Assembly: GCA_027031765.1 (NCBI GenBank)
Contig: JALVPN010000213.1
Span: 1-16,413, forward strand
Reading direction: 5' to 3'
Length of the DNA stretch: 16,413 nucleotides
Origin: Promethearchaeota archaeon
GTDB taxonomy: Archaea > Asgardarchaeota > Thorarchaeia > Thorarchaeales > Thorarchaeaceae
Positions 13,939-16,413 of the stretch are shown here, one piece after another. Position numbers and translations under genes: made by a program. A model generated the notes under the pieces. It did not search any database, was not told the DNA's origin, and saw only the letters and a list, made by a program, of their open reading frames with translations. Positions within the stretch are counted from its first letter, which is position 1; every line of letters begins with the position of its first letter.

Positions 13939-14262
13939 GTGGGACACGTGACAGACACCGGGCCAGGGTGCGGCCACATGGTAGAGACAACTGTAGACCG
14001 GGGACATCAGACTGCAGACATGACCATGATGTGCCACGTGACAGGCGACACACTGGACTACGGGCAAGAGTTCCCATATGAGAACCCTGAAGAGAGGCGG
14101 AGACCAGCACTGTATCATCATCCGGCCACAGGAGAACGGTCGTCACCCGGGCAGTACTTTCAGGACAGGCAGACGGCCCAAGCACAGTCTGGAAAGGCAT
14201 CTGCCAGCCCCAGAGTCGAACGGGGTACCATGGCCCGGCCCGGCATGGTAACATGCCCGTAG
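13939..14262 (+). CDS. Possible small protein with His every 10 residues (uncertain)
   Basis: 107-aa ORF from GTG. His at aa3, 13, 23 and 33, driven by a degenerate 30-nt repeat. No recognisable family; may be non-coding. Confidence 0.2.
   Translation: MGHVTDTGPGCGHMVETTVDRGHQTADMTMMCHVTGDTLDYGQEFPYENPEERRRPALYHHPATGERSSPGQYFQDRQTAQAQSGKASASPRVERGTMARPGMVTCP
13941..14090 (+). repeat. Degenerate 30-nt tandem repeat, 4-5 units
   Basis: Units start at 13941 gggacacgtgacag, 13971 cggccacatggtag, 14001 gggacatcagactg, 14031 gtgccacgtgacag and 14061 cgggcaagag. CACGTGACAG is exact at 13945 and 14035. Confidence 0.45.
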
Positions 14263-14357
14263 AGAGTGAGGCGGGCCCCCAAGGTGGCGCACTATGGGCG
14301 CAGGGCGGCGGTCAGCCCGTGGGTGGAGGACGAAGAAGGAGTCTGGAGCGAGAGGAC

Positions 14358-15071
14358 ATGCGTATCGCGTCGATAATAGACATCAGTCTGGTGGATGTCC
14401 CTGGAATCCCGGTCACTGTGATATTCACAGGGGGCTGCAACTTCGACTGCCCATACTGTCAGAATGCAAGTCTGATACCCACCACATCAGGGGTGGAGAC
14501 CCCCATACCGGAGATTGTTGCGAGGGCCACTGGACACCTGAGTGATGGGTTCTGCATAACTGGTGGCGAGCCGACAGTACAGAGTGACTTGCCAGACCTC
14601 CTCCGTGCACTGAAAGCGACCAGTGGTGGGCATATCAACCTCAACACGCAGGGGTCGGTGCCCAGCACGCTCAGAGAGTCGCTCCCGTACCTCGACTCGG
14701 TCTGGTTTGACATGAAGGCAGCGCCATCGAGGTACCAAGAGGTTGTGCGGACACGGAGCGACCCGTGGGGGCGCGTACGTGAGTCCATTGAGATGGTCCT
14801 GGCCTCTGATGTGGAGTTCTGGCCCAGGACCACGTATGTCAGCGGGCTCATCACACCGGAGGACATATCCGAGGTCGTCCAGTTGCTCGACCGGCTCGGC
14901 TTCAGTGGGCGGTACCTCGTCCAGAACTATATCGCATCAGCCGGGGTGCGTACCGAGGAGGCGGCCACACTGAGTACACCGACCAAGGAGGAGATGGAAG
15001 CACTGCGCACACTGGGGTCAGGATCCGTACGTGTGGACATCCAGTGGAACGAGGTCGTCCTCTCAGCCTGA
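14358..15071 (+). CDS. nrdG: Glycyl-radical enzyme activase, anaerobic ribonucleotide reductase activating protein (NrdG2-like) radical SAM
   Basis: MRIASIIDISLVDVPG...VIFTGGCNFDCPYCQN (CxxxCxxC), ITGGEPT, LNTQGS, FDMKA, RTT. ATG at 14358 with GAGGA RBS (237 aa). The track's extension from 14253 is low-complexity and unlikely to be real. Confidence 0.8.
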   Translation: MRIASIIDISLVDVPGIPVTVIFTGGCNFDCPYCQNASLIPTTSGVETPIPEIVARATGHLSDGFCITGGEPTVQSDLPDLLRALKATSGGHINLNTQGSVPSTLRESLPYLDSVWFDMKAAPSRYQEVVRTRSDPWGRVRESIEMVLASDVEFWPRTTYVSGLITPEDISEVVQLLDRLGFSGRYLVQNYIASAGVRTEEAATLSTPTKEEMEALRTLGSGSVRVDIQWNEVVLSA

Positions 15072-15173
15072 GGGCGCACACCACACAGTGACCGCCCCGC
15101 CCACACCACAAGACACGCCTGCCAGACACTCCTGCCCACACACGGTGCAGTGACAGGTTCCCCATCATATATG

Positions 15174-15181
15174 TTTATAAA
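15174..15181 (+). promoter_or_regulatory. TATA box (TTTATAAA) upstream of psmA
   Basis: Consensus archaeal TATA inside ATATATGTTTATAAA, 65 nt before the ATG. AGGAG RBS at ~15233-15237. Confidence 0.65.
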
Positions 15182-15246
15182 CGGCGTGCGACAGTGGTGG
15201 AGGCTGAGAGCGTTCTTGTTCACCGACCAACTCAGGAGATCCGAGC

Positions 15247-15990
15247 ATGTTTCCTACACAGTCTATGGGGTATGACCGTGCAATAACTGTCTTCAGTCCG
15301 GAGGGCAGGCTATACCAGGTCGAGTATGCAACAGAGGCGGTGAGGCACGGTCCACTGGCAGTGGGTGTCAAGGGAAAGGATGGCGTTGTCCTCGCAGGTG
15401 AGAAGAGGTCGCCCCACGCTCTTGTAGACCTGAGCACGCTCAAGAAGATCCTGTTGATTGATGACCATATTGGTACAGCGATTGCAGGTCTCCACGCTGA
15501 TGCACGCAGACTGATAGACCATGCCCGGGTCCAGGCACAGATTAACAGGCTCAGCTATGACGAACCGATTAGCATCCAGTCGCTTGTGGTTGACATATGC
15601 AATGTCAAGCAGGCATTCACCCAGATAGGAGGGTACCGTCCGTTCGGTGTGTCACTCCTGCTGGGAGGTGTGGACTCCCACGGCCCCCAGCTGTACACCA
15701 CAGACCCGTCCGGGTCCTTCTGGGGCTGGAAGGCCACAGCAATAGGGAAGGAGTCCGACGTTGTCCGGGACTATTTTGAGGAACACTACAGTCCGGACAT
15801 TGATGTTGAGGGTGCGCTCAGACTCGCCATGGACGGGTTGCTAAAGGCCAGGGGCGAGCAGGAAGAGTTCGACCCGGTCAAGAAGGCTGAGACCATCGAG
15901 GTCGGACGGATAGACACTGAAGAACGGATGTTCAGGATTCTGTCGCACGATGAGGTCGCGGAAATCCTGAAGAAGATGGCTGGTGAATAG
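15247..15990 (+). CDS. psmA: 20S proteasome alpha subunit
   Basis: GYDRAITVFSPEGRLYQVEYA N-terminal signature, KI..IDDHIG.AIAGL.ADAR, YTQ-like FTQ.GGYRPFGVSLL.GG, LY.TDPSG, ATAIG. Confidence 0.97.
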   Translation: MFPTQSMGYDRAITVFSPEGRLYQVEYATEAVRHGPLAVGVKGKDGVVLAGEKRSPHALVDLSTLKKILLIDDHIGTAIAGLHADARRLIDHARVQAQINRLSYDEPISIQSLVVDICNVKQAFTQIGGYRPFGVSLLLGGVDSHGPQLYTTDPSGSFWGWKATAIGKESDVVRDYFEEHYSPDIDVEGALRLAMDGLLKARGEQEEFDPVKKAETIEVGRIDTEERMFRILSHDEVAEILKKMAGE

Positions 15991-16045
15991 TACCCCAGGC
16001 CACGGACACCGCAGTTAGACCATGCCATGTCGCATCAGTGTGTGT

Positions 16046-16065
16046 AAGGGACTCGACCGTCCCTT
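16046..16065. terminator. Hairpin between convergent genes (possible terminator or stabilising structure)
   Basis: AAGGGAC-tcgacc-GTCCCTT, a 7-bp stem in the psmA/ATP-grasp convergent gap. No clear U-tract. Confidence 0.3.
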
Positions 16066-16072
16066 GGTACCG

Positions 16073-16413
16073 CTACTTGTGGGCCTGTTCGACGAGCCTG
16101 TCGACTATCATACCTGCGATGTCCTTGCCAGTGACACGGCCGAGGGCACTCCAGGAGGGGGCAGCATTCGCCTCAAGCACACACGGGCCATCTGGCGACT
16201 CGATAATGTCGACCCCGGTGTAGTCCAAGCGCAGGACCTGGGCTGCCCGGATGGCGCACTCGACATACTCCTCATCTAGGTCGGCAAGCGCAGCACGGCC
16301 ACCGCCATGTACGTTCGTCCGCCACTCGCCGTCCCGCTCTGGCAGGTACCGGTACATGGCACCGACCAGTCGGTCACCGATGACAAAGGCCCTGATGTCG
16401 CGGTCTGGCTTTG
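16073..16413 (-). CDS. RimK/LysX/CofF-type ATP-grasp ligase, C-terminal part (5' end outside window)
   Basis: The frame is open to the window edge: KPDRDIRAFVIGDRLVGAMYR...EWRTNVHGGG...AAQVLRLDYTGVDII...VLEANAAPSW. D.R.FV.G, WRTNV..GG, GVD and LE.N..P are RimK-family motifs. Confidence 0.9.
   Translation of the reverse strand, partial: KPDRDIRAFVIGDRLVGAMYRYLPERDGEWRTNVHGGGRAALADLDEEYVECAIRAAQVLRLDYTGVDIIESPDGPCVLEANAAPSWSALGRVTGKDIAGMIVDRLVEQAHK

Noticed and set aside
13941-14090. CRISPR array interpretation of the 30-nt periodicity
   Set aside because: Units are highly degenerate, there is no repeat-spacer alternation, and there are no cas genes.
14253-14357. 35-aa Gly-rich N-terminal extension of the activase in the ORF track
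   Set aside because: The family signature begins at MRIASI (14358), which has its own RBS.
1-16413. Mobile elements, prophage or defence genes, rRNA/tRNA genes
   Set aside because: No transposase, integrase, terminal repeats or structural RNA signatures recognised.

Overview
Archaeal genomic window of roughly 60% GC (estimated by eye). Asgard, probably Thorarchaeota-like, is an inference from the proteasome alpha gene, TATA boxes, GGAGGTGA-type RBSs, the HDIAN-type soluble kinase and the PCI-like winged helices. Gene order: a 3'-truncated SplB/Rv2578c-like radical SAM gene (-, absent from the ORF track), two tandem paralogous small winged-HTH genes (+), then a co-oriented ~8.5 kb minus-strand cluster (10689->2143). 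The cluster encodes a beta-propeller/Zn-ribbon/2x PCI-like winged-helix protein, a membrane receptor TM-dCache-TM-HAMP-TPR-vWA(MIDAS), a paralogous output-less TM-dCache-TM-HAMP receptor, a bacterial-type PLP arginine decarboxylase (SpeA) and a LarE-family PP-loop protein. Divergent from it are an HDAC-family deacetylase and a PAS-PAS histidine kinase. These are followed by a small hypothetical gene, a poorly coding region with a degenerate 30-nt repeat, an NrdG-like activase, proteasome alpha (psmA) and a 5'-truncated RimK-type ATP-grasp ligase. The best candidate for an undescribed system is the receptor pair plus propeller. It is a non-kinase transmembrane signalling module whose Cache domains resemble the eukaryotic alpha2delta N-terminal Cache region, whose pocket Arg is replaced by Glu in both paralogs, and whose only output is TPR+vWA; it is tightly coupled to an agmatine-producing enzyme. 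All family assignments rest on motif recognition, not on database searches.
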